A stretch of DNA of 64,000 nt from Nitrospinales bacterium (GTDB lineage Bacteria; Nitrospinota_A; UBA7883; JACRGQ01), in NCBI GenBank assembly GCA_023248495.1, contig JAHFEK010000006.1, positions 2,725-66,724 on the forward strand, in the 5' to 3' direction. Of the stretch, positions 27,529 through 37,126 are shown piece by piece. The translations under genes and the position numbers were made by a program. The notes under the pieces are model-generated. The model did no database searches, was not told the origin of the DNA, and saw only the letters and a program-made list of their open reading frames with translations. How positions within the stretch are numbered: position 1 is the stretch's first letter; every line of letters begins with the position of its first letter.

Positions 27529-29691
27529 TTATGGGCTGGGGGATTCCGGCAGAGGAACCTTGGGAGCGATGAGCGGCGTGCTTTTTCCGCCGATGTCGCC
27601 GATCCCCTTCAGGTTAATGCTGAAAAATACCCTGTTCTCCATCTCGGAACGGGCCGCGCTACCGGAAAGGGGCTCGGTGCGCCGGCGCGAACCCGCGTTA
27701 AATGACACTCCCCAGCAGCACGATTCCCAATTCACCGTGGCGAGCGAACCGGTGGGTTCGTGGCGGTCTTCATCGTAGATAGCCGAAATTTCGGAGGAAA
27801 ATGCCTTGCTAAACCGGTAGCCCAACAGTCCGGAAGAAAAGGTTGAGCGCGGGGTGTTCACGAAACGGCGGTCATATGAAATATGAAAATCGTTCCATGT
27901 AAATCCCGCTTCCTGGCTCATGGCCGATGGCTCATGGTCATAGTGGTTGTACGCCAAGTCGGCGTTAAGGAGAAACCATTCGGCGGGGTGGATTTTGAAT
28001 TCCACCTTCAGGTCGGCCCATGGGCGCGTTTCCGTAATATCGTTCCGCTGCGCCTCGCGAAAGTCATACCCTTGGCTTACATTAAACCGCGCGATTTCAT
28101 CGGTTCGCAGCCGGGAATAGACGCGGTTCAACAGCGAAAAAGTGGTGAGGGTCTGGGGAGCATGCTGATCCGCCATATCCAGTGGAACCGCATATTGGCG
28201 GACGTCACCGCCGATCTCGTATCCGGGAATATATATAAAATCCAGCCGGGGGGTGATGACATGCTTCCACCCCTCTTCGCCACTGTTAAATATCCGGTAT
28301 ATGCGCGGTCCCTCCACCCCCGCGCCGGCGGCATAATAATTCACCGCCAAGGCGCTGTTATCCGTGGTGGAACGGCTGTACCAGGTGGAACGCCCCTCCA
28401 CCCACGGGGTAACATTGGCGAACGGGGATGCGGCAAACGGCAGTGACAAACGGGGACGCAGGTCGAAACGGCTGATATCGCCGCCGAGGCGGTTGGTGAA
28501 AAACGAAGCGGCCGACGCGCTCCCGTCCGCCACCAGCGGCGATCCGCCGATGTACTGGGGCATCGCCGCGAAGAGCAGTTCGGGCTGTTTGCTGAATATC
28601 TCGCCATCAATGGCTTCCATCTCGCGCTGATCGCGTCCCGTCATCGACAAGGCGTACGGCCCGCCGGTGGAATGGACGTTGACGAACGAATCGGTGTAAC
28701 GGCGGGTGCGCATCAAAATGCTGTCGTCAAATTCCTTGCCGTAACTGGTGCGGCTTTCGATATCCGCGCGGGCCATGCTATCGATGTAATCGTTGATTTT
28801 CATGCGGTGGTCATATTTAGCGCTGTAGAGCGGCTGCTCAAGAATGCGGTCGTAAAGGTAGTCGAGATTCAGCTGGCCATAGGTGCGCTCGGCGTACGCG
28901 TAACGATATTCGACCCCTTCGTGGGCGCCGCGCCAATCCATCCAGTCCAGCGAGAGAGTGACGTCGTCCTGATCCGAAAGGGCGGCAAAATAATTGTTTT
29001 TCACCGTGGCCCCCGCCGTGGAGGAGTAGCCGATACCGGGAAGCAGAAAACCGCTCGTGCGCTTGGTGACCGCGGGCGCGAACCAATAGGGGGCATAAAA
29101 AACCGGCACATCGTAAAACAGGAGCGAGACCCCTTCGAATACGGCAATCCCCTCCATCCGCAGATCGAGATGGCGCGCCTTGAAAACCCATTCCTGATTG
29201 TCGGCCGGACAACTGGTGACAATCCCCTCATCCATTACGTAATGATCGGCGGACTGACGCTCGATTCTCTCGGCGGAAAAGGAGAGGCTTTTCCCAAAAA
29301 CCCCTTTAGCGCCCCACAGGGTGCTGTAGCCGGTATCAAGGGAAAACTCCATGTTGCGGGCGGTGATGTCGGTGTTATCAACCTGCAGCCGCACATCTCC
29401 CTGAATATGCCCCGTTTGGCTTTCACTTTGGATTGTGCATTCCTGGCCGGTGATGGTGAAATCGCCGTACCGTATCTCGATGCCGCCCTTGGCGTCCCAC
29501 GTCTTTTCCGCGTCGGAATAGGCGATGCTGTCGGCGGTAATCTTAAATGTATCGCCGCCTTTCCCGCCCGCGGACTCCTGATGCGCCGGCGCGGAAACGG
29601 GCGGCGTCTCTTCAGCCGCGGCGGAAACCACAAAAAGAAAAAGCGCGCACACTGGCGCGCTTAATAAAGAAATCAGCCGGGGATTATGCAT
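27529..29691 (-). CDS. lptD: LPS-assembly protein LptD
   Basis: Signal peptide, OstA-like jellyroll (ITADSIAY), TSCP...W, RTSGFLLP motif, a beta-barrel with the CCW motif and NLKGIG near the C-terminus. Confidence 0.88.
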   Translation of the reverse strand: MHNPRLISLLSAPVCALFLFVVSAAAEETPPVSAPAHQESAGGKGGDTFKITADSIAYSDAEKTWDAKGGIEIRYGDFTITGQECTIQSESQTGHIQGDVRLQVDNTDITARNMEFSLDTGYSTLWGAKGVFGKSLSFSAERIERQSADHYVMDEGIVTSCPADNQEWVFKARHLDLRMEGIAVFEGVSLLFYDVPVFYAPYWFAPAVTKRTSGFLLPGIGYSSTAGATVKNNYFAALSDQDDVTLSLDWMDWRGAHEGVEYRYAYAERTYGQLNLDYLYDRILEQPLYSAKYDHRMKINDYIDSMARADIESRTSYGKEFDDSILMRTRRYTDSFVNVHSTGGPYALSMTGRDQREMEAIDGEIFSKQPELLFAAMPQYIGGSPLVADGSASAASFFTNRLGGDISRFDLRPRLSLPFAASPFANVTPWVEGRSTWYSRSTTDNSALAVNYYAAGAGVEGPRIYRIFNSGEEGWKHVITPRLDFIYIPGYEIGGDVRQYAVPLDMADQHAPQTLTTFSLLNRVYSRLRTDEIARFNVSQGYDFREAQRNDITETRPWADLKVEFKIHPAEWFLLNADLAYNHYDHEPSAMSQEAGFTWNDFHISYDRRFVNTPRSTFSSGLLGYRFSKAFSSEISAIYDEDRHEPTGSLATVNWESCCWGVSFNAGSRRRTEPLSGSAARSEMENRVFFSINLKGIGDIGGKSTPLIAPKVPLPESPSP

Positions 29692-29706
29692 GCTCCCCGG
29701 CCTTGG

Positions 29707-30255
29707 TTACAGAACAAATACGGCGAGCGCGACCACGGTATGCCACACGCGGCCTTTCACTATGGCGGTTTGGGTTATATTGCGGGTGTTAACGATCTTG
29801 TTGCTGATCTTGAATACCTGGCGGCGCTCGTCCCAGCTCTGGCTTTCATCGAACTCTATGCCCAGCGTGGAAGCCAACATCGCCGCGGCGAGATCCTCGG
29901 CATAGTCGCCGGCGCTTTTCTCCGTTTCGCCGTAGGAGTGGTGTTCGCTCAAATAGCCGTAGGCGTTCTTATCGGTGGGAATGGCGCACCCGATGCTGGT
30001 GGCGACCAGCCGGTGCGGCTCGTTGCTGGCTATGCGGGCCTGCACCACAAACGTGATGGAACCCGACTCAAGGAGCTTTTCCCCTTCTTTGCGGCTGACA
30101 ATCTTGCAGCGCGGAGGAAGAATGGAGGACACGGTCACGAGATTGCAGCGTTCGACGCCCGCGTCGCGCAACGCCAGTTCGTACGAGCGGAGTTCTTCTT
30201 TATGAACCCCGACTCCCCTGGTGAAAAATAGTTTCCGCGGTACAAGGTTACTCAC
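29707..30255 (-). CDS. pdaD: Pyruvoyl-dependent arginine decarboxylase
   Basis: SYELALRDAG..NLVTVSSILPP (Ser-Ser cleavage site) and YGYLSEHH motif; the GTG start overlaps the nadE stop. Confidence 0.9.
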   Translation of the reverse strand: MSNLVPRKLFFTRGVGVHKEELRSYELALRDAGVERCNLVTVSSILPPRCKIVSRKEGEKLLESGSITFVVQARIASNEPHRLVATSIGCAIPTDKNAYGYLSEHHSYGETEKSAGDYAEDLAAAMLASTLGIEFDESQSWDERRQVFKISNKIVNTRNITQTAIVKGRVWHTVVALAVFVL

Positions 30256-31894
30256 TGTCTTCTTTTGCCTCCACCCCATCTATAAACCGGTTTGTGATTG
30301 GAACCCTTCGATCCCTCCCGAACGCTTTCGGCGTCAGCTTCACGCCCGGCGCCGTCTGGCGCCGTTTATACTCGCTTTTATCGACCAACGAGACCGTCTT
30401 CTTTACATCGCGTTCATCATAGCCAAGCGCAATTATCTCCACAACACTTTTTTCTTCTTCCACGTACAGCCGGAGCACCGCGTCGAGCACGGCGTACTCC
30501 GGCAGGGAGTCGCTATCCAGCTGGCCGGGGCGCAATTCCGCCGATGGCGGCTTGGTGAGAGTGCCCTCCGGAATCCGGGAAAGTCCCGGCTGGCCGTTGA
30601 TCCAGCGGCACACATCGTACACCCGTGTTTTGGGCAGATCCTTGATAACGGCGAAGCCCCCCGCCATGTCGCCGTAGAGGGTGCAATAACCGACGCCTAA
30701 TTCGCTTTTATTGCCGGTGGCAAGCACCAGGGCGCCAAACTTGTTGCTCAGCCCCATGATGAGGCTCCCCCGGATGCGCGCCTGAATATTTTCCTCCGCC
30801 AGCCCCGGCGCGATACCGGCGAAAAGCGGCCCGAGGGCGCGGTCAAAACCATCCATCAGATCGGTTATGGGAATGATGTCGAAGCGGATGCCGAGGTTGT
30901 GCGCCAACGCGCGGGCATCGGATACGCTTCCTTCGCTGCTGTATTTGGACGGCATCGCCACTCCCCACACCCGTTCCCGTCCCAACGCCGCCGCCGCCAC
31001 GACCGCGGTGAGCGCGCTGTCGATCCCGCCGGAAAGGGCAACCAGCACGTTGCTGAAACCATTTTTTCCGACGTAGTCGCGGACGCCGAGTTTGAGCGCC
31101 TCCCATACGTTTTCCGGATACGGCAGCGGTGGCACGATCCGGTTTTTTGGCGAGCCGTCCCCCGCGTTCAGCGGCACATCGGCGATCAGCAGATCCGGGG
31201 CGAATTCGCGCGCCGAGGCTATTATCACGCCATCCGCGCCGCAAATAAACGATCCGCCGTCAAACACCAATTCGTCCTGCCCGCCGATGAGGTTGCAATA
31301 CACCAGCGGCTTGCCGCACTTTTTCGCAAAGGCCGTGGCCACGCCGCGGCGTTCCCCGGTCTTGCCCAAATGGTAGGGCGAGGAGGAAAGATTCAACAAC
31401 AGATCCACATCGGGCCGGGCGCAACGCGCCACCACCGGCGACGCCTCCACCCAAATATCCTCGCAGATCGTAATCCCCACCCGCACCCCGTTCACCGCGA
31501 CCGCGCAGCCATCGCCGGAAACGAAGTACCGCTTTTCATCGAACACGCCGTAGTTCGGCAACTCGGTCTTGTGCGCCACGGCGGCGGCGCGGCCATCCAT
31601 CAGCACGGCGGCGGCGTTATAAAGTTTTCCTTCGTGGCGGCGGGGATAGCCCATCACCGCGGCGATGCCATGCGCCGATTGGGCGATTTCATCCACCGTC
31701 CGCCGGGCCGCGCGGATAAATCCTTCTTTGTACAGAAGGTCTTCGGGGGGATAACCGGTCACCGCCAGTTCGGGAAAAACAACGAGCGCCGCCCCCTCCT
31801 TTTTCGCCGCTTCGATGGCGGCGGTGATTTGTGAGGCGTTATGGGCAAAATCCCCCATCACCGTATTAATCTGCGCAAGCGCCACGCGAATCAT
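30248..31894 (-). CDS. nadE: Glutamine-dependent NAD+ synthetase
   Basis: Nitrilase domain (FPEL, LPNYGVFDEKRYF, ICEDIW) plus synthetase domain (LSGGIDS, ENIQARIRG, PSAELRPGQ). Confidence 0.97.
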   Translation of the reverse strand: MIRVALAQINTVMGDFAHNASQITAAIEAAKKEGAALVVFPELAVTGYPPEDLLYKEGFIRAARRTVDEIAQSAHGIAAVMGYPRRHEGKLYNAAAVLMDGRAAAVAHKTELPNYGVFDEKRYFVSGDGCAVAVNGVRVGITICEDIWVEASPVVARCARPDVDLLLNLSSSPYHLGKTGERRGVATAFAKKCGKPLVYCNLIGGQDELVFDGGSFICGADGVIIASAREFAPDLLIADVPLNAGDGSPKNRIVPPLPYPENVWEALKLGVRDYVGKNGFSNVLVALSGGIDSALTAVVAAAALGRERVWGVAMPSKYSSEGSVSDARALAHNLGIRFDIIPITDLMDGFDRALGPLFAGIAPGLAEENIQARIRGSLIMGLSNKFGALVLATGNKSELGVGYCTLYGDMAGGFAVIKDLPKTRVYDVCRWINGQPGLSRIPEGTLTKPPSAELRPGQLDSDSLPEYAVLDAVLRLYVEEEKSVVEIIALGYDERDVKKTVSLVDKSEYKRRQTAPGVKLTPKAFGRDRRVPITNRFIDGVEAKEDSE

Positions 31895-32736
31895 TGCTTC
31901 TCCACCAATACCCCGGACGTGGTTTTATTCCGTATGACGCGAACCGTCGTTCCTTCCGCCTTCACCAAGCTCAAAATAATATCGCCGAAGGCCATGTTTA
32001 TTCTAAGCCGCACGGGAACTTGGTACTCGTCATCGGTGAGCCAGACATATAACAGGTTGCTATCGGTGAACGCTCCCTCGAATTTCAACCGGGAGATAAG
32101 CATAATGGTATCCACCTGCCCGTCAAGCGCGGTTATCCGCTCACGCTTTGCCACGGTAATCTCGGCGAAATAATTCTTGTTGTTCTCGAAAATCGGCACT
32201 TGCAGCTTCTGCCCCGGTGCCAGGCGTGTGGCGCGAATAAAGTATGCCGCGCCAAAAACGTCCTGCGCCCCGGGATTGAGCGGAAACCTTTCGCGCGGCT
32301 TGTCGTCCTGCGTGACGCTGGCCGTGGCATGGGAATGATCGAATTCCAACAGTTTGTCCTTCGTGGTGGTGCTTTCGCGTATCACCGCCTTCATGCTCAC
32401 GGGCAACCGTGTTTCCGGATCCCACAGCGAATCAAAATGGTCGTCCATCGTAAAGATTTTGGATATGACATTCATGGTCCACGTGTGCAAAATGAAGCGC
32501 AGTCCCGGGCGGCCGTCGGGTTGCACGCCATCGGCCACGTTCGCTTCAAACATACCGGCATCGAAAAAAAGCCACCGTCCGGAAAAAAGCAGCGACTCGC
32601 CCGGCTTGAACGGAAGATCCTGCGCGCGCGCGGAGGTGGCGGAAAGCAACAACAGCAGCACGAACAGCCAGACGGCTATTTCGTGTTGGTGGCGAATACG
32701 ATCGACCACGGATCGAACTTTTTTAATCTGAAGCAT
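31891..32736 (-). CDS. DUF3108-like exported protein
   Basis: Signal peptide (SARA-Q), PFKPGESL and VWLTDD..QVPVR patterns. The start codon is uncertain. Confidence 0.75.
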   Translation of the reverse strand: MLQIKKVRSVVDRIRHQHEIAVWLFVLLLLLSATSARAQDLPFKPGESLLFSGRWLFFDAGMFEANVADGVQPDGRPGLRFILHTWTMNVISKIFTMDDHFDSLWDPETRLPVSMKAVIRESTTTKDKLLEFDHSHATASVTQDDKPRERFPLNPGAQDVFGAAYFIRATRLAPGQKLQVPIFENNKNYFAEITVAKRERITALDGQVDTIMLISRLKFEGAFTDSNLLYVWLTDDEYQVPVRLRINMAFGDIILSLVKAEGTTVRVIRNKTTSGVLVEKQ

Positions 32737-33293
32737 GAATCGACCTGCAGGCCCGAGGCCTCGGCCAGATCCGCAAGCGCCAGGGTGGCGCGCCATCCCA
32801 ACTTGCGGCAGACGGGATCCAACAGTTCCTCCGCCCGCGCAAGCAATTTTTTCTCGCTCAGAAAGTGGTTCACCAGCACAATCGGCTGGCCCGGCTTGCA
32901 CACCCGTTTCATCTCGGCCACCGCCTTCACCGGATCCGGCACCACGCTGATGACGAACGTGGCGAGCACATGGTCGAAGTGACTATCGGGAAACTGCAAA
33001 TTGCACGCATCCATCTCCATCAGGGTCACATGCTCCATGCAGTGCTTGCGCTTCTTCCGCTCCGCTTTTCGCAGCATCGACCGGGAAAGATCGACGCCGG
33101 TTATGTGGCAATCACGCGGATAAAGGGGCAAGGTAAGGCCGGTGCCAACCCCCACGTCAAGTACCCGGTCATGGGGCCGAATTTTCATGCGCTGAATGGC
33201 ATGCCGTTGACGCGGATAGAACATCAGCTTGAAAATGAAATCATAGACGTTGGAATAATTGTGATAAATCTTCTTGATGTCTTCGTGATCCAT
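32676..33293 (-). CDS. Class I SAM-dependent methyltransferase (PmtA-like phospholipid N-methyltransferase)
   Basis: VLDVGVGTG, GVDLS..ML, MDACNLQFPD and VISVVPDP...RVCKPG..IVLVNHF motifs. Confidence 0.85.
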   Translation of the reverse strand: MDHEDIKKIYHNYSNVYDFIFKLMFYPRQRHAIQRMKIRPHDRVLDVGVGTGLTLPLYPRDCHITGVDLSRSMLRKAERKKRKHCMEHVTLMEMDACNLQFPDSHFDHVLATFVISVVPDPVKAVAEMKRVCKPGQPIVLVNHFLSEKKLLARAEELLDPVCRKLGWRATLALADLAEASGLQVDSCFRLKKFDPWSIVFATNTK

Positions 33294-33379
33294 CGATACC
33301 CCTTATCCCCATTTCCCAACGTCGGCGGCCAGAATATCAGATTACCCTTTGATTTCCCAATGTCCGCGGCCCGCGTGGC

Positions 33380-34807
33380 TTAACGTGGCGCGGCGGAAAG
33401 GCTTTCGAAAAGCCCCGGCTGCTGGATATCCATGCCGGGGAGCGGCACCGGATACGCTCCGCTGAAACAGGCGGTGCAAAAGTCCGCGCCATGATCGCCG
33501 AATACTTTGAGCATCCGCTCGTTAGTGAGGTAGGTAAGTGATTCGCATCCCAGGTACCGCTGGATTTCCGGCACCGATTTGTTGGCGGCGATCAGCTCCT
33601 CTTGACGGGGCGTGTCGATGCCGTAATAGCAGGGATTCGTGGTGGGGGGCGAGCTGATCCGCAGATGCACTTCGCGCGCGCCCGCCTGCCGGATGAGATT
33701 GATGATCTTGCGCGAGGTGGTGCCCCGCACAATCGAGTCGTCCACCACCACCACCCGCTTCCCCTCAATCAGCTTCTTGATCGGGTTGAGCTTTATCTTC
33801 ACGCCGAAATGGCGTATCTGCTGAGATGGCTCGATGAAGGTGCGCCCCACATAGTGGTTGCGAATCAGCCCCATTTCGAACGGAATGCCGGATTCCTCGG
33901 CGTAGCCCATGGCGGCCGGCACGCCGGAATCGGGGACGGGGATGACGATATCCGCCTTGACCGGATTTTCCCTGGCCAGCTCGCGCCCAAAGGCCTTGCG
34001 GATGCCGTAGACCGACTCCCCAAAAACCATCGAATCGGGCCGGGCGAAATAGATGAACTCGAAAATGCAGTGCGCCGGGCGGCGCTTCGGAAACGGGTAG
34101 AACGAGCGCACCCCTTCGGGCGAGACAACGACCATTTCGCCGGGGTTCACATCACGCACATATTCCGCGCCGATGAGGTCGAACGCGCAGGTCTCCGAAG
34201 CGAATACCGTCGCGCCGTCCAGCTTGCCCATCGCCAGCGGGCGGAAGCCATTGGGGTCGCGCACCGCCACCATCTCGTCTTCGGTCATCAACAGCAGCGA
34301 ATAGGCCCCCTGCACCTGCATGAGGGCGTCCACCGTGCGGGAGATGAAATTTCCGGCGGTCGATTTGGCGATAAGGTGCACGATCACCTCGGTATCGATG
34401 CTGCTGCGGAAGATGGAGCCGAGGTCTTCAAGGCGGCTGCGGGCTTCGGCGGCATTCACCAGGTTGCCGTTGTGCGCCACCGCCAGCGCCCCCAGCGAAT
34501 AGTTGATGGCGACCGGCTGCGCGTTTTTCAGCAGCGATTCGCCGGTGGTGGAATAACGGTTATGGCCGATGGCCACGTCGCCGCGCAGAAGCTCTATTTT
34601 ATCTTTACTGAAAATATCCGCCACCAGCCCCATGCCGATCTCGGCGTGATGCGAGGCGCGGTCGGAGGTGACAATGCCGGTGCTCTCCTGCCCGCGGTGC
34701 TGCATGGCGTATAGCCCCAAATAGGCAAGGTTGGCCGCCTCGGGGTGGCCGTAAACGCCGAACACCGCGCACTGATCGTGAAACTTTCCCTCTTCATTCT
34801 GCATCAT
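33380..34807 (-). CDS. purF: Amidophosphoribosyltransferase
   Basis: N-terminal Cys (CAVFG), QHRGQE, GHNRYST and [15 protein letters not shown] motif. Confidence 0.98.
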   Translation of the reverse strand: MMQNEEGKFHDQCAVFGVYGHPEAANLAYLGLYAMQHRGQESTGIVTSDRASHHAEIGMGLVADIFSKDKIELLRGDVAIGHNRYSTTGESLLKNAQPVAINYSLGALAVAHNGNLVNAAEARSRLEDLGSIFRSSIDTEVIVHLIAKSTAGNFISRTVDALMQVQGAYSLLLMTEDEMVAVRDPNGFRPLAMGKLDGATVFASETCAFDLIGAEYVRDVNPGEMVVVSPEGVRSFYPFPKRRPAHCIFEFIYFARPDSMVFGESVYGIRKAFGRELARENPVKADIVIPVPDSGVPAAMGYAEESGIPFEMGLIRNHYVGRTFIEPSQQIRHFGVKIKLNPIKKLIEGKRVVVVDDSIVRGTTSRKIINLIRQAGAREVHLRISSPPTTNPCYYGIDTPRQEELIAANKSVPEIQRYLGCESLTYLTNERMLKVFGDHGADFCTACFSGAYPVPLPGMDIQQPGLFESLSAAPR

Positions 34808-34960
34808 TTTTTGATTATACCTTACCCCTCCCGTTTAGCGGTAGGGGGATGAAACATGACCAGGAAAATTTGCATCTTTCAACACTCAAACAGGGGCTTC
34901 CATTTCTGAAATGTGGTATCCTTTTGATTAAGGTTAAGGGTTATTGCTAATGGGGTTCTG

Positions 34961-35947
34961 ATGAATATTAAATACATAGATTTATTCGCGGGAATAGGCG
35001 GTTTCAGAGTTGCCGCCAATCAATCATTTGTGGAAAACAACCTTACAGGGCAATGCGTATTTTCCAGCGAAATCGATAGAAACGCGAGGGAAGAATATTG
35101 CGCCAATTTTGGTGAATATCCTTCGGGCGACATAACTAAAATCGACGCCAGATTAATCCCGGATCATGATTTATTGTTTGCTGGGTTTCCTTGCCAGCCT
35201 TTTAGCATCATTGGCAATGGAAAGGGTTTTGTGGATACCAGGGGAACGCTTTTCTTTGATATCGCTCGGATTTTAGACGCAAAACGTCCAATGGCTTTTG
35301 TTTTGGAAAATGTTAAGCGCCTAGTTAGCCATAACAATGGGAAAACATTGCAAAAAATCCTCAAGACTCTTCGCGATCTCGGCTATTTTGTGGACTTTAA
35401 GGTATTAAATGCCTTAGATTATGGCCTTCCCCAAAAAAGAGAGCGTGTCTTCATTGTCGGTTTTCACAAACCAATGGTCTATTTTTGGCCTTCCAAGCAT
35501 AATTTTATGAAACCCCTATCGGAAATTCTTGAAAAAAAGGTGCCGAATAAGCATTTCGCCTCTGAACAAATTGTTTTTAAAAGAAAAACTCGGCATTCGC
35601 CTAAGTATCATCCGTCCATCTGGCACGAAAATAAATCTGGAAATGTAAGCTCCTATCCATTTTCATGCGCCCTGCGAGCTGGCGCTTCGTACAATTATCT
35701 TCTTGTTAATGGAGAGAGAAGACTTACCCCTAGGGAGATGTTACGGCTTCAGGGATTTCCGGAAAATTTCAAAATAGTCGTCCCCGATTCTCAAATAAGA
35801 AAACAGGCGGGCAATTCCGTCCCCGTTAACGCCGTAAAGGCCGTAATTGATTCTTTAGTACCCCACTTAAAGGCCGAATTGCAATTGAGCATGGTCTCGG
35901 AAAGGGTAAAACCATACCGGAGAAAAAATGGCAGACGAGTCGCCTAA
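34961..35947 (+). CDS. DNA (cytosine-5)-methyltransferase
   Basis: DLFAGIGG (motif I), GFPCQPFS (IV), ENV (VI), PQKRERVF (VIII), RLQGFP and GNSV; AT-rich. Confidence 0.96.
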   Translation: MNIKYIDLFAGIGGFRVAANQSFVENNLTGQCVFSSEIDRNAREEYCANFGEYPSGDITKIDARLIPDHDLLFAGFPCQPFSIIGNGKGFVDTRGTLFFDIARILDAKRPMAFVLENVKRLVSHNNGKTLQKILKTLRDLGYFVDFKVLNALDYGLPQKRERVFIVGFHKPMVYFWPSKHNFMKPLSEILEKKVPNKHFASEQIVFKRKTRHSPKYHPSIWHENKSGNVSSYPFSCALRAGASYNYLLVNGERRLTPREMLRLQGFPENFKIVVPDSQIRKQAGNSVPVNAVKAVIDSLVPHLKAELQLSMVSERVKPYRRKNGRRVA

Positions 35948-36671
35948 ATTAAGAACGGTAAATAAGGTTAGGCCTCCGTTTGCCCTGAATGATTTTCCAA
36001 AGAATTTCGGCTACATAATAGGCGAAGAGCTTGTTTACCTTCTTGCCACAAAGGGAAGAGCCGATCTTGAAGGTGGCGAATGGGAAGCGATTTTCGCAAA
36101 AAGCATTGGTGCAGAGTGGAAACCTTCAAATGTTGGGCTGGATGATGTTGTGCTAGAATCATGTGCTTGGGGTGCTAAGACAGTTAAGGCCAAAACGCCA
36201 AGTAAGCAAAAAATCGTACGATTAATTTCAGGAAGAAATTCCCTCGGCTACTCCTTTAATGTTGACGATGTTACAAAGCCAGCGCTAAATGACGTGGGAA
36301 ATAAAGTTCTCCATATATGGAATGAACGGGTTGCCGATATCCGCAAACGACATAAACACTTAAGAACCATCGTTATGGTTAAATCCGATGACCTTTCGGA
36401 AGTACTTATTTTTGAGTTTGAAACCATAAGATACGATGCAGAACTTTATACATGGACTTGGAATAAAAGAAAAAACCTTGAAGGGGTCGAAAAAAGTTCG
36501 GGTGAACATAAGTTCACATGGCAGCCTCACGGTTCCCAATTCACCATTATTGAAACAGTCCCCCAGAATGGATTGATAATCAGAATTAAAAAGCCGAAAA
36601 AACTTGATAGAGGCAAGGTGCTAAAAGAATTGGGCTTCGACAAAAGCTGGGTTACGGTTATTAGAAAGTAG
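35928..36671 (+). CDS. Putative type II restriction endonuclease
   Basis: Overlaps the C5-MTase and abuts vsr. E..WE...LDDV...WGAKTVK resembles a PD-(D/E)xK-type arrangement; family not recognised. Confidence 0.6.
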   Translation: MADESPKLRTVNKVRPPFALNDFPKNFGYIIGEELVYLLATKGRADLEGGEWEAIFAKSIGAEWKPSNVGLDDVVLESCAWGAKTVKAKTPSKQKIVRLISGRNSLGYSFNVDDVTKPALNDVGNKVLHIWNERVADIRKRHKHLRTIVMVKSDDLSEVLIFEFETIRYDAELYTWTWNKRKNLEGVEKSSGEHKFTWQPHGSQFTIIETVPQNGLIIRIKKPKKLDRGKVLKELGFDKSWVTVIRK

Positions 36672-37126
36672 TGGAGAAAATATCTTCGCAAAAACGCTCC
36701 CAAATTATGAGAGCGGTAAAATCAAGAAATAACAAATCAACCGAACTACTGTTAATCCGTCTTTTTAAAAACCACCACATTATCGGTTGGCGGAGATTTC
36801 CCAAAATCACAGGCAACCCCGATTTTTATTTTCCGAAGTTTAAAGCCGTAATCTTCGTGGATGGTTGCTTTTGGCACGGTCATTCCTGCCGGAAAAAGTA
36901 TCCCGCCACAAATAGCCAATATTGGAAAACTAAAATCAGCAACAACAGACGCCGCGATAAAAAAATTTCCAAAGAATTAAAATTGCGTGGTTACAGGGTC
37001 ATTAGGATATGGGAATGTGACCTTAAGAAAGCAATGCTTAAGAGAAATTTACTTCCTCGGCCTTTCAAACAGCTTATTGATGTAATCCGCCAAACGATAG
37101 TGCCGCCTACGCGAAGTCGCCGGTGA
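36671..37126 (+). CDS. vsr: Very short patch repair endonuclease
   Basis: RSQIMRAVKS, G.PDF, FVDGCFWHGH, N..RD and IWEC motifs. Confidence 0.95.
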   Translation: MEKISSQKRSQIMRAVKSRNNKSTELLLIRLFKNHHIIGWRRFPKITGNPDFYFPKFKAVIFVDGCFWHGHSCRKKYPATNSQYWKTKISNNRRRDKKISKELKLRGYRVIRIWECDLKKAMLKRNLLPRPFKQLIDVIRQTIVPPTRSRR

